A stretch of DNA of 64,000 bases. Source: Macrostomum lignano. Its lineage: Eukaryota. This document shows, piece after piece, positions 21,283 through 33,677 of the stretch. The position numbers and the translations under genes were made by a program. The stretch's first letter is position 1. The number at the start of each line of letters is the position of its first letter. The notes below the pieces were generated by a model that was not told where the DNA came from, made no database searches, and saw only the letters and a program-made list of their open reading frames with translations. The stretch covers positions 8,601 to 72,600 of the forward strand of contig NIVC01001345.1 of assembly GCA_002269645.1 (NCBI GenBank), read 5' to 3'.

Positions 21283-23432
21283 GGGGAATTAGTGATGTAA
21301 ATTGATGAGGAATTAGTGATGTAAATTGAGGGGGAATTAGTGATGTAAATTGAAGGGGAATTAGTGATGTAAATTGATGGGGAATTAGTGATGTAAATTG
21401 AAGGGGAATTAGTGATGTAAATTGATGGGGAATTAGTGATGTAAATTGAAGGGGAATTAGTGATGTAAATTGAGGGGGAATCAGTGATGTAAATTGATGA
21501 GGAATTAGTGATGTAAATTGAAGGGGAATTAGTGATGTAAATTGAAGGGGAATTAGTGATGTAAATTGAAGGGGAATTAGTGATGTAAATTGATGGGGAA
21601 TTAATGATGTAAATTGAGGGGGAATTAATGATGTAAATTGAGGGGGAATTAGTGATGTAAATTGAGGGGAATTAATGATGTAAATTGAGGGGAATTAATG
21701 ATGTAAATTGAGGGGGGAATTAGTGACGTAAAATGAGGGGGAATTAATGATGTAAATTGAGGGGGAATTAGTGATGTAAATTGAGGGGGAATTAGTGATG
21801 TAAATTGAAGGGGAATTAGTGATGTAAATTGAAGGGGAATTAGTGATGTAAATTGATGGGGAATTAGTGATGTAAATTGAAGGGGAATTAGTGATGTAAA
21901 TTGAGGGGGAATTAGTGATGTAAATTGAGGGGGAATTAGTGATGTAAATTGAAGGGGGAATTAGTGATGTAAATTGAAGGGGAATTAGTGATGTAAATTG
22001 ATGGGGAATTAGTGATGTAAATTGAGGGGGAATTAGTGATGTAAATTGAGGGGGAATTAGTGATGTAAATTGAAGGGGAATTAGTGATGTAAATTGAGGG
22101 GGAATTAGTGATGTAAATTGAAGGGGAATTAGTGATGTAAATTGATGGGGAATTAGTGATGTAAATTGATGAGGAATTAGTGATGTAAATTGAAGGGGAA
22201 TTAGTGATGTAAATTGAGGGGGAATTAGTGATGTAAATTGAAGGGGAATTAGTGATGTAAATTGATGGGGAATTAGTGATGTAAATTGAAGGGGAATTAG
22301 TGATGTAAATTGAGGGGGAATTAATGATGTAAATTGAGGGGGAATTAATGATGTAAATTGAGGGGGAATTAGAGATGTAAATTGAGGGGGAATTAATGAT
22401 GTAAATTGAGGGGGAATTAATGATGTAAATTGAGGGGGGGAATTAGTGACGTAAAATGAGGGGGAATTAATTATGTAAATTGAGGGGGAATTAGTGATGT
22501 AAATTGAGGGGGAATTAGTGATGTAAATTGAGGGGGAATTAGTGATGTAAATTGAGGGGGAATTAGAGATGTAAATTGAGGGGGAATTAGTGATGTAAAT
22601 TGAGGGGGAATTAGAGATGTAAATTGAGGGGGAATTAGTGATGTAAATTGAAGGGGAATTAGTGATGTAAATTGATGGGGAATTAGTTATGTAAATTGAA
22701 GGGGAATTAGTGATGTAAATTGATGGGGAATTAGTGATGTAAATTGAAGGGGAATTAGTGATGTAAATTGAGGGGGAATCAGTGATGTAAATTGATGAGG
22801 AATTAGTGATGTAAATTGAAGGGGAATTAGTGATGTAAATTGAGGGGGAATTAGTGATGTAAATTGAGGGGGAATTAGTGATGTAAATTGGTGGGAATTA
22901 GTGATGTAAATTGGTGGGAATTAGTGATGTAAATTGGTGGGAATTAGTGATGTAAATTGGTGGGAATTAGTGATGTAAATTGGTGGGAATTAGTGATGTA
23001 AATTGGTGGGAATTAGTGATGTAAATTGGTGGGAATTAGTGATGTAAATTGGTGGGAATTAGTGATGTAAATTGGTGGGAATTAGTGATGTAAATTGGTG
23101 GGAATTAGTGATGTAAATTGAGGGGGAATTAGTGATGTAAATTGGTGGGAATTAGTGATGTAAATTGGTGGGAATTAGTGATGTAAATTGGTGGGAATTA
23201 GTGATGTAAATTGGTGGGAATTAGTGATGTAAATTGAGGGGGAATTAGTGATGTAAATTGAGGGGGAATTAGTGATGTAAATTGGTGGGAATTAGTGATG
23301 TAAATTGGTGGGAATTAGTGATGTAAATTGGTGGGAATTAGTGATGTAAATTGAGGGGGAATTAGTGATGTAAATTGAGGGGGAATTAGTGATGTAAATT
23401 GGTGGGAATTAGTGATGTAAATTGGTGGGAAT
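21283..23432. repeat. 23/24-bp minisatellite (GGGAATTAGTGATGTAAATTGAGG)n in WDFY intron 4
   Basis: About 90 units; a TGGTGGG variant dominates after about 22890. Confidence 0.97.
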
Positions 23433-23500
23433 TATAGATATAGGCCTGTATATCCGTGGAAGCCAGGCCAACATCCCCGCCCGTTGCTCCCCGCGGCCAG

Positions 23501-23917
23501 GTGTTCTGGTGCATGTCGGTGCCGCGCCGCGAGACCCCCAGCTGGTCAGAGTCGGACGTGTGCTCCAAATGCGGCGTGCCGTTCTTTTGGAACCTGCGCA
23601 AGATGTGGTCGGACAAGCGAGTCGGCACCAGGCAGCACCACTGCAGGCGGTGCGGCGCCGCCGTGTGCGACGCCTGCTCTCAGCGCCGCACAGCCCTGCC
23701 GCCGATGGGCTTCGAATACTCGGTTAGGGTCTGCGACGACTGCCACGCCGAGGTGACGCCAGACGATCTGACACCCCTGGCCGCTGTGTTCGAAGCCAAG
23801 CAGGATGTTCAGAAGATGGCCCTGTGCGAGACCCGGCGCTGGCTGCTCAGCCTGGGCAAGGAGGGCACCGTGAAGGTGTGGGACCTGGCCTCCGTGCTGC
23901 TGCCCAGTGCGGATTGA
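23501..23917 (+). CDS. WDFY2: WDFY1/2 ortholog, exon 5 (FYVE domain and last WD40)
   Basis: WSESDVCSKC..PFFWNLRKMW..RQHHCRRCG..VCDAC..RVCDDC FYVE motif, then VKVWD and TGA. The five exons total 1239 nt = 412 aa. Confidence 0.95.
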   Translation: MFWCMSVPRRETPSWSESDVCSKCGVPFFWNLRKMWSDKRVGTRQHHCRRCGAAVCDACSQRRTALPPMGFEYSVRVCDDCHAEVTPDDLTPLAAVFEAKQDVQKMALCETRRWLLSLGKEGTVKVWDLASVLLPSAD

Positions 23918-24049
23918 GTGCGACTTGGATTTACAAGCGTTTGGTTGATTGACAGTCTTTGGTTGGGTTGTGGAATCATGCTGTTGAAGCTGCCGACTGC
24001 AGTAAGACCATCACTATGACAATTTTCATTTCTGGGTTGGGTCTAAATT

Positions 24050-24570
24050 GGGGTTAGTTAGTTAATTAATTAATTTGTTAGTTAGTTAGTCAGTAAGATA
24101 GTCAGTTAGTTAGTTAGTTAGTTAGTTAGTCAGTTAGTTAGTTAGTCAGTTAGTCAGTTAGTTAATTAGTTAGTTAGTTAGTCAGTTAGTCAGTTAGTTA
24201 GTTAGTTAGTTAGTTAGTCAGTTAGTTAGTTAGTCAGTTAGTCAGTTAGTTAGTTAGTTAATTAGTTAGTCAGTTAGTCAGTTAGTCAGTTAGTTAATTA
24301 GTGAGTTAGTCAGTTAATTAGTGAGTTAGTCAGTTAGTTAGTTAGTCAGTTAGTCAGTTAGTTAGTCAGTTAATTAGTGAGTTAGTCAGTTAATTAGTGA
24401 GTTAGTCAGTTAATTAGTGAGTTAGTCAGTTAATTAGTGAGTTAGTCAGTTAATTAGTGAGTTAGTCAGTTAATTAGTGAGTTAGTCAGTTAATTAGTGA
24501 GTTAGTCAGTTAATTAGTGAGTTAGTCAGTTAATTAGTGAGTTAGTTAATTAGACAGTTAGTCAGTTAAA
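24050..24570. repeat. (GTTA/GTCA)n microsatellite turning into a 20-bp GTTAGTCAGTTAATTAGTGA unit
   Basis: Direct inspection. Confidence 0.92.
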
Positions 24571-25069
24571 GCGACAGTCAGTGAGAGTTCTACCGCCAAG
24601 AATGTTAGAGTTTCTCTACTATTAGTAATATCCTAGCGTATGTGCGAATTCAGTCAGAGGCTTATATAATGGTGATTGCGATCTCCTTAATTAAATTTCG
24701 CGTCATCCTCATCGTGTCCTTGCGAATATGTTGCCAACTCCTAAGAGTTCGTGTATGCTACTTTTTAATAGTAGTACGAGTCGTGTTTATGCGCAGCGGC
24801 GACTGACTCTGTGCCGATATAAATTCTGCTATTGATTAGTCTGTTAAAAGCCACTTACAACGAACAGAAAACAATATTTCCTTTGTCCGTTTTTTCCGCG
24901 TTGTGGCGCACCTGATTTTTGCTTGCATGAGCTGATGCGCGTGTACCGCCTATATTCATTCTAGTAGTATGTTTCAGTACGTCTTTTTCAGTACACTGTC
25001 TTTTTATGATGAGGCTTCATTTTGCTGCTCTTTGGTTTATCACTTTTGGAGCTTCCGGTGGCGCCTTTT

Positions 25070-25295
25070 CAGTTACTGGGCCAGCCTCCCAGATCCTCAG
25101 TTGCTGGGCCAGCCTCCCCGATGCTCAGTTGCTGGGCCAGCCTCCCAGATCCTCAGTTGCTGGGCCAGCTTCCCAGTTCCTCAGTTACTGGGCTATCAGC
25201 CTCCAAGATCCTCAGTTGCTGGGCCACCAGCCTCCCAGATCCTCAGTTGCTGGGCCACCAGCCTCCCAGATCCTCAGTTGCTGGGCCACCAGATC
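25070..25295. repeat. 28/31-bp minisatellite (CCTCCCAGATCCTCAGTTGCTGGGCCA..)
   Basis: About 7 units. Confidence 0.9.
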
Positions 25296-25764
25296 CCAGT
25301 ATATCATTGTACTACTTGGTGACCGCATGAAAGTGTCAATTTTACAGCAGAGTCTCCCTCTTGTACTCTTCAATTTGTTAATACAGTCGTATGTTTTTTT
25401 CTGTAGACATTTCAAGATAACTTTATTTGTGTTCTGAACTTTTATTACACATAATCATCAAGGTTACTAATTTTTGTTTTGCTTATTTCCTCGTAGCCTT
25501 GTGCTGTCTGCTGTTCAACTATACTGTGAAGAAATGTTTATTTTTATTGTAAACAGTTATTATATCTATTATTAAAATAAGTCAATTCTACCTACGCGTG
25601 TTTTGTTAAAACGGCCTCCAATGCTATTCCGAATCTTGAATGCAGCAATACCGCGCTTATTCAGTGTTGTAATTTCATATCATCTTTATACTGGTCTGGA
25701 TTGCTGTTAGATGGCGGTGTCTTTAGGCAATATTATGAATTAAATTCTAATTCACTGGAATCAC

Positions 25765-27420
25765 AATTCACACCAGAAACCCCAATTCACACCTGAAACC
25801 CCAATTCACACCTGAAATCCCAACTCACACCAGAAATCCCAACTCACACCAGAAATCCCAATTCACACTAGAAACCCCAATTCACACTTGAAATCCCAAC
25901 TCACACTAGAAACCCCAATTCACACCTGAAATCCCAACTCACACCAGAAATCCCAATTCACACCAGAAATCCCAACTCACACCAGAAATCCCAATTCACA
26001 CCAGAAATCCCAATTCACACCAGAAATCCCAATTCACACCAGAAATCCCAACTCACACTAGAAATCCCAATTCACACCAGAAATCCCAACTCACACTAGA
26101 AATCCCAATTCACACCAGAAATACCAATTCACACCAGAAATCCCAATTCACACCAGAAATCCCAATTCACACCAGAAATCCCAACTCACACTAGAAATCC
26201 CAATTCACACCAGAAATCCCAACTCACACCAGAAACCCCAATTCACACTTGAAATCCCAACTCACACTAGAAACCCCAATTCACACCTGAAACCCCAATT
26301 CACACCTGAAATCCCAACTCACACCAGAAATCCCAATTCACACCAGAAATCCCAACTCACACCAGAAATACCAATTCACACTTGAAATCCCAACTCACAC
26401 TAGAAACCCCAATTCACACCTGAAACCCCAATTCACACCTGAAATCCCAACTCACACCAGAAATCCCAACTCACACCAGAAATCCCAATTCACACCAGAA
26501 ATCCCAATTCACACCAGAAATCCCAACTCACACTAGAAATCCCAATTCACACCAGAAATCCCAACTCACACCAGAAATCCCAACTCACACTAGAAACCCC
26601 AATTCACACCTGAAATCCCAACTCACACTAGAAACCCCAATTCACACCTGAAACCCCAATTCACACTTGAAATCCCAACTCACACTAGAAACCCCAATTC
26701 ACACCTGAAACCCCAATTCACACCTGAAATCCCAACTCACACCAGAAATCCCAACTCACACCAGAAACCCCAATTCACACCAGAAATCCCAATTCACACC
26801 AGAAATCCCAATTCACACTAGAAACCCCAATTCACACCAGAAATCCCAATTCACACCAGAAATCCCAATTCACACTAGAAACCCCAATTCACACTTGAAA
26901 TCCCAACTCACACTAGAAACCCCAATTCACACCTGAAATCCCAACTCACACCAGAAATCCCAATTCACACCAGAAATCCCAACTCACACCAGAAATACCA
27001 ATTCACACCAGAAATCCCAATTCACACCAGAAATCCCAATTCACACCAGAAATCCCAACTCACACTAGAAATCCCAATTCACACCAGAAATCCCAACTCA
27101 CACCAGAAATCCCAACTCACACTAGAAACCCCAATTCACACTTGAAATCCCAACTCACACTAGAAACCCCAATTCACACCTGAAACCCCAATTCACACCT
27201 GAAATCCCAACTCACACCAGAAATCCCAATTCACACCAGAAATCCCAACTCACACCAGAAATACCAATTCACACCAGAAATCCCAATTCACACCAGAAAT
27301 CCCAACTCACACCAGAAATCCCAATTCACACCAGAAATCCCAACTCACACCAGAAATCCCAACTCACACCAGAAATCCCAACTCACACCAAAAATCCCAA
27401 TTCACCTGAAATCACAATTC
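25765..27420. repeat. 19-bp minisatellite (AGAAATCCCAA[C/T]TCACACC)n
   Basis: About 85 units with recurring variant blocks. Confidence 0.97.
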
Positions 27421-27904
27421 ACGCCAAAGATTGCACTTCTTCAAGTGATTACACTTGGACATTGTTTCAGTTGCCTGGTCAGGCCATATCTCTAATAATT
27501 AATAATGCTTTCTACTGTGAATTTTGTAAAATTGTCGTCACAGATGTCGCACAGCTATTGAATTATTAATTCAGTTTAATTTTGATTGAAATAGCTTTGC
27601 CCTATATATTAATCTTTATATGTTGGATTATTGTAGTACATAAATATATTATAATATTGGTTATTATTAATCAGAGTTCGCCAATGGTCACCGTTTCTTA
27701 TTAAAACTTCATTTTTATCTTGCGCGTTCGTCAGTCAAGTGAAGATCAAACGTGTACAAATTTAGTGACACTAAATTTGTGCCGGAAAAAATTGAAAGCT
27801 CCTGTCTTTTTCGTGCAAGTTTTGCACAGTTGCCAGCCTGCAGGAGACGACAGGAGCTCAACTTTTGTCACCTCTTGGGCGTGGCAGATCCGGCATCTAC
27901 CGGC

Positions 27905-28184
27905 CTAGGAGACAGGGGCGCCCACCGAGACACAGGGGCGCCCACCGAGAGCCAGGGGCGCTCACCGAGAGCCAGGGGCGCTCACCGAGAGCCAGGGGCG
28001 CTCACTAAGAGACAGGGGCGCCCATCAAGAGACACTGGTGCAAGGACTACTAGTGTTCCTAGTGGTCCTTGCACTGGTGCCCACCAAGAGCCAGGTACGC
28101 CCACCAAGAGACAGGGGTGCCCACCAAGAGACAGGGGTGCCCACCAAGAAACAGGGACGACCACGTACTGTACCAAGAGCCAGG
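27905..28184. repeat. 20-bp minisatellite (CCACCAAGAGACAGGGGCGC)n, left part
   Basis: The same array resumes at 32617-33022 after the LINE. Confidence 0.9.
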
Positions 28185-28284
28185 GGTCGGGAGGTTCTGC
28201 CTCCCGGAGCGCGCTCGCGCGCTTCCCATGGCTGCCGCCTTCACGCGGCGGGACCGTCCGGGTTCGCCCGGCCAAGTGCAGCCA
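28185..28284 (+). ncRNA. Predicted HDV-like self-cleaving ribozyme at the LINE 5' end
   Basis: P2 TGGCTGC/GCAGCCA; P3 GCC/GGC; L3 TTCACGC; P1 GGT+CCC/GGGACC; P1.1 C28242-G28256; P4 CCGGG-TTCG-CCCGG; J4/2 CCAA. Folded by eye. Confidence 0.7.
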
Positions 28285-31200
28285 CCACCCTGGACCCGTG
28301 CGAGGGTCTTCGAGCGCCCCGGGTTTTTCCACGCTGAGCCAGACCTCCCAGCTCACCTGGCTCAGCTGCTTCTCAGAGCTGGAGACGTCGAGTCCAACCC
28401 TGGGCCGGCCTTCCCGTGCGGAGGCTGTGCCGAGGAGGTGGCCAGGGGCTACTCCACCCGCTGCTCCGGCTGCGGCCTGTGGTGGCACCGCCGCTGTTCC
28501 CGCCTCACTATTGCGGCTATCAACCGGCTCCACCGGGACAATGCGCCGTGGCACTGCCCCACCTGTGCCCCCCAGCCTGCCGCTTCAGCGCCGCAGCCCG
28601 CCGCGACTCCGGCCCCCTCCGCGGCTGCAGGCCCCACTGGCACCCACCAGACGCCAACGGCCACGACTCCACCTCCCCCGAACCCCGCGCCGGCACTTCC
28701 CCCCCTGATGGCGCAACCAGCGCGGGCGGGGGCGCCGAACAACAGCGGGGCGGCTTTCCGCATCGTCCAGCTCAACGCGGCAGGGCTCCGCTCCCGCAAG
28801 CTGGAACTGCTCCACTTCCTGGAGAAGCAGGGCGCCGACGTCGCCTGCATCCAGGAGACGAACCTGTCCGGCCACACAGCGGCCCCACGCCTCAAAGGGT
28901 GGCAGATCGCTGGCCGGAAGGACCGCAACACCGGCCGCGACGGGGAGGCAGCCAGAACCCACCACGGGGGCGTCTGCTTCCTTGTCAAGGAGGGCATTCA
29001 ATTCGCCGACCTTCCACTAGGCGAGCTCGTCACCCACGCCACGTCCGCCGAAGCCTCGGGCCTCCGTATCCACGACCCCCGGCTTCCGCGCCCCCTGGAT
29101 GTGATCAACATCTACCTCCCACCGGTCCGCGCCGCAGACGGCCGCACGGACGCCTTCGAGCCCGACTGGATCCCCGTTTCACGGGACTCGTTGGTGCTGG
29201 GCGACTTCAACGCCCACCACGGGATGTGGGACGCCTCGGCGGACGACGACGAGCTGGGCAGGGCCCTCGAAGACTGGGCGACGACCTACGACCTAGTCGC
29301 TCTGAACGACGGCTCCCCAACTAGGATCAGCCCCCGCGGCCTGCCGAGCTCCCCTGACGTCTCCTTCGCCCACGCCTCCCGGCAAGACCGGATTGAGTGG
29401 CGAACCGGGGAGCACATCGGCTCGGACCACCTGCCGATCATCATCGACATCGCAGCCTCCGGCCCGGCCCGCTCCAGCTCCAAGCGCCTGACGCGGTACG
29501 CCTACCACAAGGCGGACTGGGACCTGTTCCAGCGGACCCTCGACGAGGCCCTGGCCAGCTGGCCGGAGCGCCCCCCACGCACGGTGCCCGTCGCCGCCAG
29601 CCGGTTCGCGTCCGCCGTCACCAGCGCCGCCAAGGCGGCCATCCCGAGAGGCTGCCGGCGCGCCCCGATCGCCTGGTGGTGCCCGGAAGCCGAGGCGGCC
29701 TGCACCGCCCGCCGCGCAGCGCTCGAAGCGCTTCGCGCGAGCCCGGACGACCCGGCGCTCTCGGCCGCGTACCAGGCTGCTGCCGCCGCGGCTGCTCACG
29801 CCATCTGCCGCGCCAAGGAGTCGCTGTGGCGTGATTTCATCACCGACACGGGTCACGACCTGTGCTCCACCGACCTCTGGCGGATCATCCGGGCCCTCGA
29901 CGGACGGTCCCAGGGCACCCCCTCGTCGGCTGCCATCCAGGGCTCCACGGGGGCATCGGCCGTCTCCGACAAACAGAAGGCCGCGCTTTTCTGCCGGGAG
30001 TACGCCGCCGTCAGCAGGCTCCCCAAGAACAAGACGGAAGACCGGCCGGTCATCCAAGAAGCCCGTCACACGCTCCGCGCCCCCTGCAGCTGCCAAGGCC
30101 TCCGCAGCGGCCCCTGCTCCGACTTCCAGCCCGACGCCCTCCGCCGCGCCTTGGTGCGCCTGCCGGACCGCTCGGCCCCGGGACCGGACGGGGTCGCGAA
30201 CATCATGCTGAAGCATCTGTCCGACCTGGGGCTCCGCTGCCTCCTGGACCTCCTGAACCTCTCGTGGAGGACGGGGGAGGTGCCCGCCCCGTGGCGCCTT
30301 GCGGAGATCCGCCCGATCCCCAAATCGGACAAGCCAGCCGGCCTGACATCCAGCTTCCGCCCTATCAGCCTCCTCAGCTGCCTGGGCAAGCTCGCCGAGA
30401 AGATGGTGAACGAGCGGCTGTCCTACATCCTCGAGGCAAATGACGCCCTCCACCCGTCGCAAGCCGGTTTCCGTCAGGGCCGCTCCACGGAGGAGCACAT
30501 CGCCGCGGCGGCCCAGTACATTTTTGACGGTTTCCAGGCCAAGAAGCCGGCAGCCCGCACCGCCCTGCTCCTTGCAGACTTCTCCAGAGCCTACGACCGC
30601 GTCTGGAGAGCCGCCCTCATCGTCAAGCTCGGTCGGAAGGGGATCCCCACCTGCCTCATCCGCTGGCTCAAGGGATTTCTCTCCGACAGGAGGGCCTTCG
30701 TGCGGTGGGTTAGTGCGGCCTGCAAGCCAACCGTGTTCTCCGAGGGGCTGCCGCAAGGGTCGGTCCTTGCCCCGATCCTGTGGGTGATCTACATGGACGA
30801 CCTCCTGGACGGCGCCCCCAAGAACTGCCTCACGCTGGCGTACGCCGACGACAGCACCTTCGGCGCGCAAGGGACCACCCCTCGGGAGTGTGAGCGGGCC
30901 CTGCAACCGGCGGCCGACGGGCTCGTGCGCTGGTCCCAAACCTGGAAGGTGGACCTGAGCCGCACCAAGTCGGTCGTCGCTTTCTTCTCGCTCGACCCCC
31001 GGGAGGTCAACGGAAAGGTCCAGCCGCGCATCCTCCTCGGCGACTCGCCAGCTCCGTTCGAGCTGCACCCGAGGCTCCTGGGAGTGCACCTCGACTCCCA
31101 GCTGACCTTCCGCCACCACGCCAAGCTCCGGCGCCGCGCCCTCCAGCAGCGCACCGGCGTCCTACGCTGCCTCGCGGGCCGCGACTGGGGCCAGGACGGC

Positions 31201-32605
31201 CAGCGCCTCGCCCAGCTCTACCGCACCTACGCGGAGGCGGCCGCGCTCCACGGCGCCTCCACGTGGCTCACCTTCGCGTCCGACTCCTGCCGGGAAGAAG
31301 TCGAGATTGCACATCGATCGGCCGCTCGCGTCATCACTGGCTGCTGCCGCTCGACCGCCATTGGCGCCCTCCTGGCTGAGGCCGACCTCGTGCCCCTGGC
31401 GACCAGAGCGGAGGCGGCAGGCGCAGCCCTGTTCGAGCGAGCCCTCCGTCACCGACAACCGACTCCGCTCCGCGCTGCAGCGGGCAAGACCTCTACGCCC
31501 CGCTTGCGCGCTCACGGGGAGCCTGGGGCCTTCCGCAGGAACTGGCGCGACTCGGCGCAGCACCTGAGCGCCGCCGCCGGCCTGGCCCCCTCCCCCGGGA
31601 GCAGGAGAACCTCCCTCCGCCGCCATGGTCCGACACCAGCCGGGTCATCATCCGCTGCGACCTCCTGACCGCGACCTCCCGAGAGGACGCGCCCCACGTC
31701 AGAAAGCTGGCCGCGCTGGAGACGCTGGCGAGCCTCCCGCCCGCCGACCTGGAGCTCTGGACAGACAGTTCAGCCTCCGGGGGCACCCTCAACGGCGGAG
31801 CGGGGGCGGTCATCTTCAGCAAGACCGCGCCGCCAGTCCACCTGTCGCAGGCTGCGGGCCGTTACTCTTCCTCCTTCCGTGCCGAGGAGTCGGCTCTCCG
31901 GCTGGGGCTTCAGCACGCCGCCTCCAGGCCGGACCTTGCCTCCCTGAGCGGCCTCCGCTGCCTGACGGACTCGCAGTCCCTGCTCCGAGCCCTCGAGAAG
32001 GGACCGTCCAAGTCCTCCTCGCCAGCGTGCCGGGAGATCTGGACGCTGCTGACCCACGTCGCCGCCCGCTTCCCCATCTGGCTGCAATGGGTCCCCAGCC
32101 ACTGCGACCTCCGGCGGAACGATGCTGCGGACGTCACCGCCAAGACCGCGGCCGGCCTCCCCAGGACGAGACGCCGATCGGCTTCGGTTCTGCACGGGCC
32201 GCCCTCCGCCGGGTCCTCGCCGAGCGCACCCGCGAAGCCAACGTGGCCGACCCGCACTGCGCCACCCACCGTCTGGCAACCGCCATCGCCGCCCCGCGGC
32301 CACGCCTTAACCGGGCCGACGCGGTGACCCTCGCCCAGCTGCGCACGGGCCACTCACCGCTCCTGCGCTGGTATCGGCACCGGATCGGCCTGGACACCGC
32401 CGCCACCTGCCCCCGCTGCGGGGCCGCCGACGAAGACGTGGCCCACGTCCTCCTGCACTGCCGGGCCCTTGACGACCTTCGGGCCCGCATCCTTGGGCCA
32501 AACCCGTCCCTGGCCGTCCTCTCGACGGACGGCCTCCGCGCGCTCGATTTCCTCCGCACGGTAGGGGCGCAGACACGCCCCCCGGATCCTACCGGCCGGG
32601 AGTAA
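28228..32605 (+). CDS. Ingi-type polyprotein: 59-aa leader ending in 2A, then PHD, AP endonuclease, reverse transcriptase, RNase H, zinc knuckle; two frameshifts in this sequence
   Basis: LLLRAGDVESNPGP; CGGC..CSGC..WHRRC..WHCPTC; QLNAAGL..IQET..GDFNAHH..SDH; LPQGSVLAP..YADD; WTD..RAEE..TDSQS..AD; CPRC..HVLLHC. Adding one C in each of two C-runs (31586-90 and 32159-62) gives an open 1459-aa frame. Confidence 0.88.
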
Positions 32606-32616
32606 CAACAACAACA

Positions 32617-33022
32617 ACCAAGAGCCAGGGGCGCCTAACGAGAGACAGGGGCGCCCACCAAGAGACAGGGCCGCCCACCAAAAGACAGGGCCGCCCACCA
32701 GGAGAAAGGGGCGCCCAACAAGAGACCGGGGCAACCACCAAGAGACAGGGGCGCCCACCAAGAGACAGGGCCGCCCACCAAAAGACAGGGCCGCCCACCA
32801 GGAGAAAGGGCGCCCAACAAGAGACCGGGGCAACCACCAAGAGACAGGGGCGCCACCAAGAAACAGGGCCGCCCACCAAGAAACAGGGGCGCCTAGCAAG
32901 AGAAAGGGGCGCCCAACAAGAGCCTGAGGCACCCAACAAGAGACCGTGGCAACCACCAAGAGACAGGGCCGCCCACCAAGAGCCAGGGGCGACCACCAAG
33001 AGATGGTTGTGCCTACCAAGAG
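32617..33022. repeat. 20-bp minisatellite (CCACCAAGAGACAGGGGCGC)n, right part
   Basis: Continuation of the 27905-28184 array. Confidence 0.9.
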
Positions 33023-33677
33023 GCGTGTACACTGGTAGTAAATGTACAGTTCAAGTTAAAAGTATTAACTGCTATTAAGATTAACTGTTAAAACTGATTG
33101 CATCCGACAAACAACTTGTACCGATGCAGTCTCTGGCTTGGGGATCTGGCTTGCTCTGCACAGACGCATGCCGCCAAATCTAATCCAGTTAATTAGTCTC
33201 CCTAGCTTCGTACTCCCCCAACATCTCACAGCCAATTTCTCTCTTTATGCTTTCTGTTTACCTTGGACAAACCTGCCGTGTGGCCTTGGGGCCCCTGCTC
33301 CGCTAAGTCTGCTGCAATTAATTTGAATGAATTTGAGCATGAGCACACTTTCTCTCTTCCCCAAGCAGCGTGTTGGGCAAACAGCTGCCTCAGTCGGTCT
33401 GGAGCTGCTTAATCCGCGGGCTTCCAGCTGCTCAGGCTCGACATCAATTTGCCACCCCCCTGCGCAAGCGGTCTGTCTGTGCGCCACTGGAATCGATTGC
33501 GAAGCAAATTTTTGTTAATAGCAACTTTTCTCAAAGACCATCTGTGAGTTTTCTCAATCCTTGGGATTGGAATTGGTGCCTTGGCTTTGGGACTTGGCAG
33601 TGGCATATTTTTCTGGGCACACAGCTTGCTCTGGCAGTGCGGCTGGGAGGGAAAATTTTCTTGGACACAGTAGGATT

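Larger units (their letters stand above)
28185..32616 (+). mobile_element. Apparently full-length Ingi-clade non-LTR retrotransposon
   Basis: Single ORF with 2A, PHD, APE, RT, RNase H and CCHC; (AAC)n tail at 32604-32618; flanks share CCAAGAGCCAGG(GG) as a TSD, although the host repeat confounds it. Confidence 0.88.

Noticed and set aside
17560-27420. CRISPR-like appearance of the regular short repeats
   Set aside because: Units abut without unique spacers, there are no cas genes, and the context is eukaryotic introns.
28069-28227. ORF-track start of the 1199-aa LINE ORF
   Set aside because: Lies in the host minisatellite upstream of the element; ATG 28228 is the plausible start.
29293-31119. 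608-aa antisense ORF and other overlapping ORFs in the Ingi element
   Set aside because: Shadow frames of very GC-rich codon usage; no recognisable domains.
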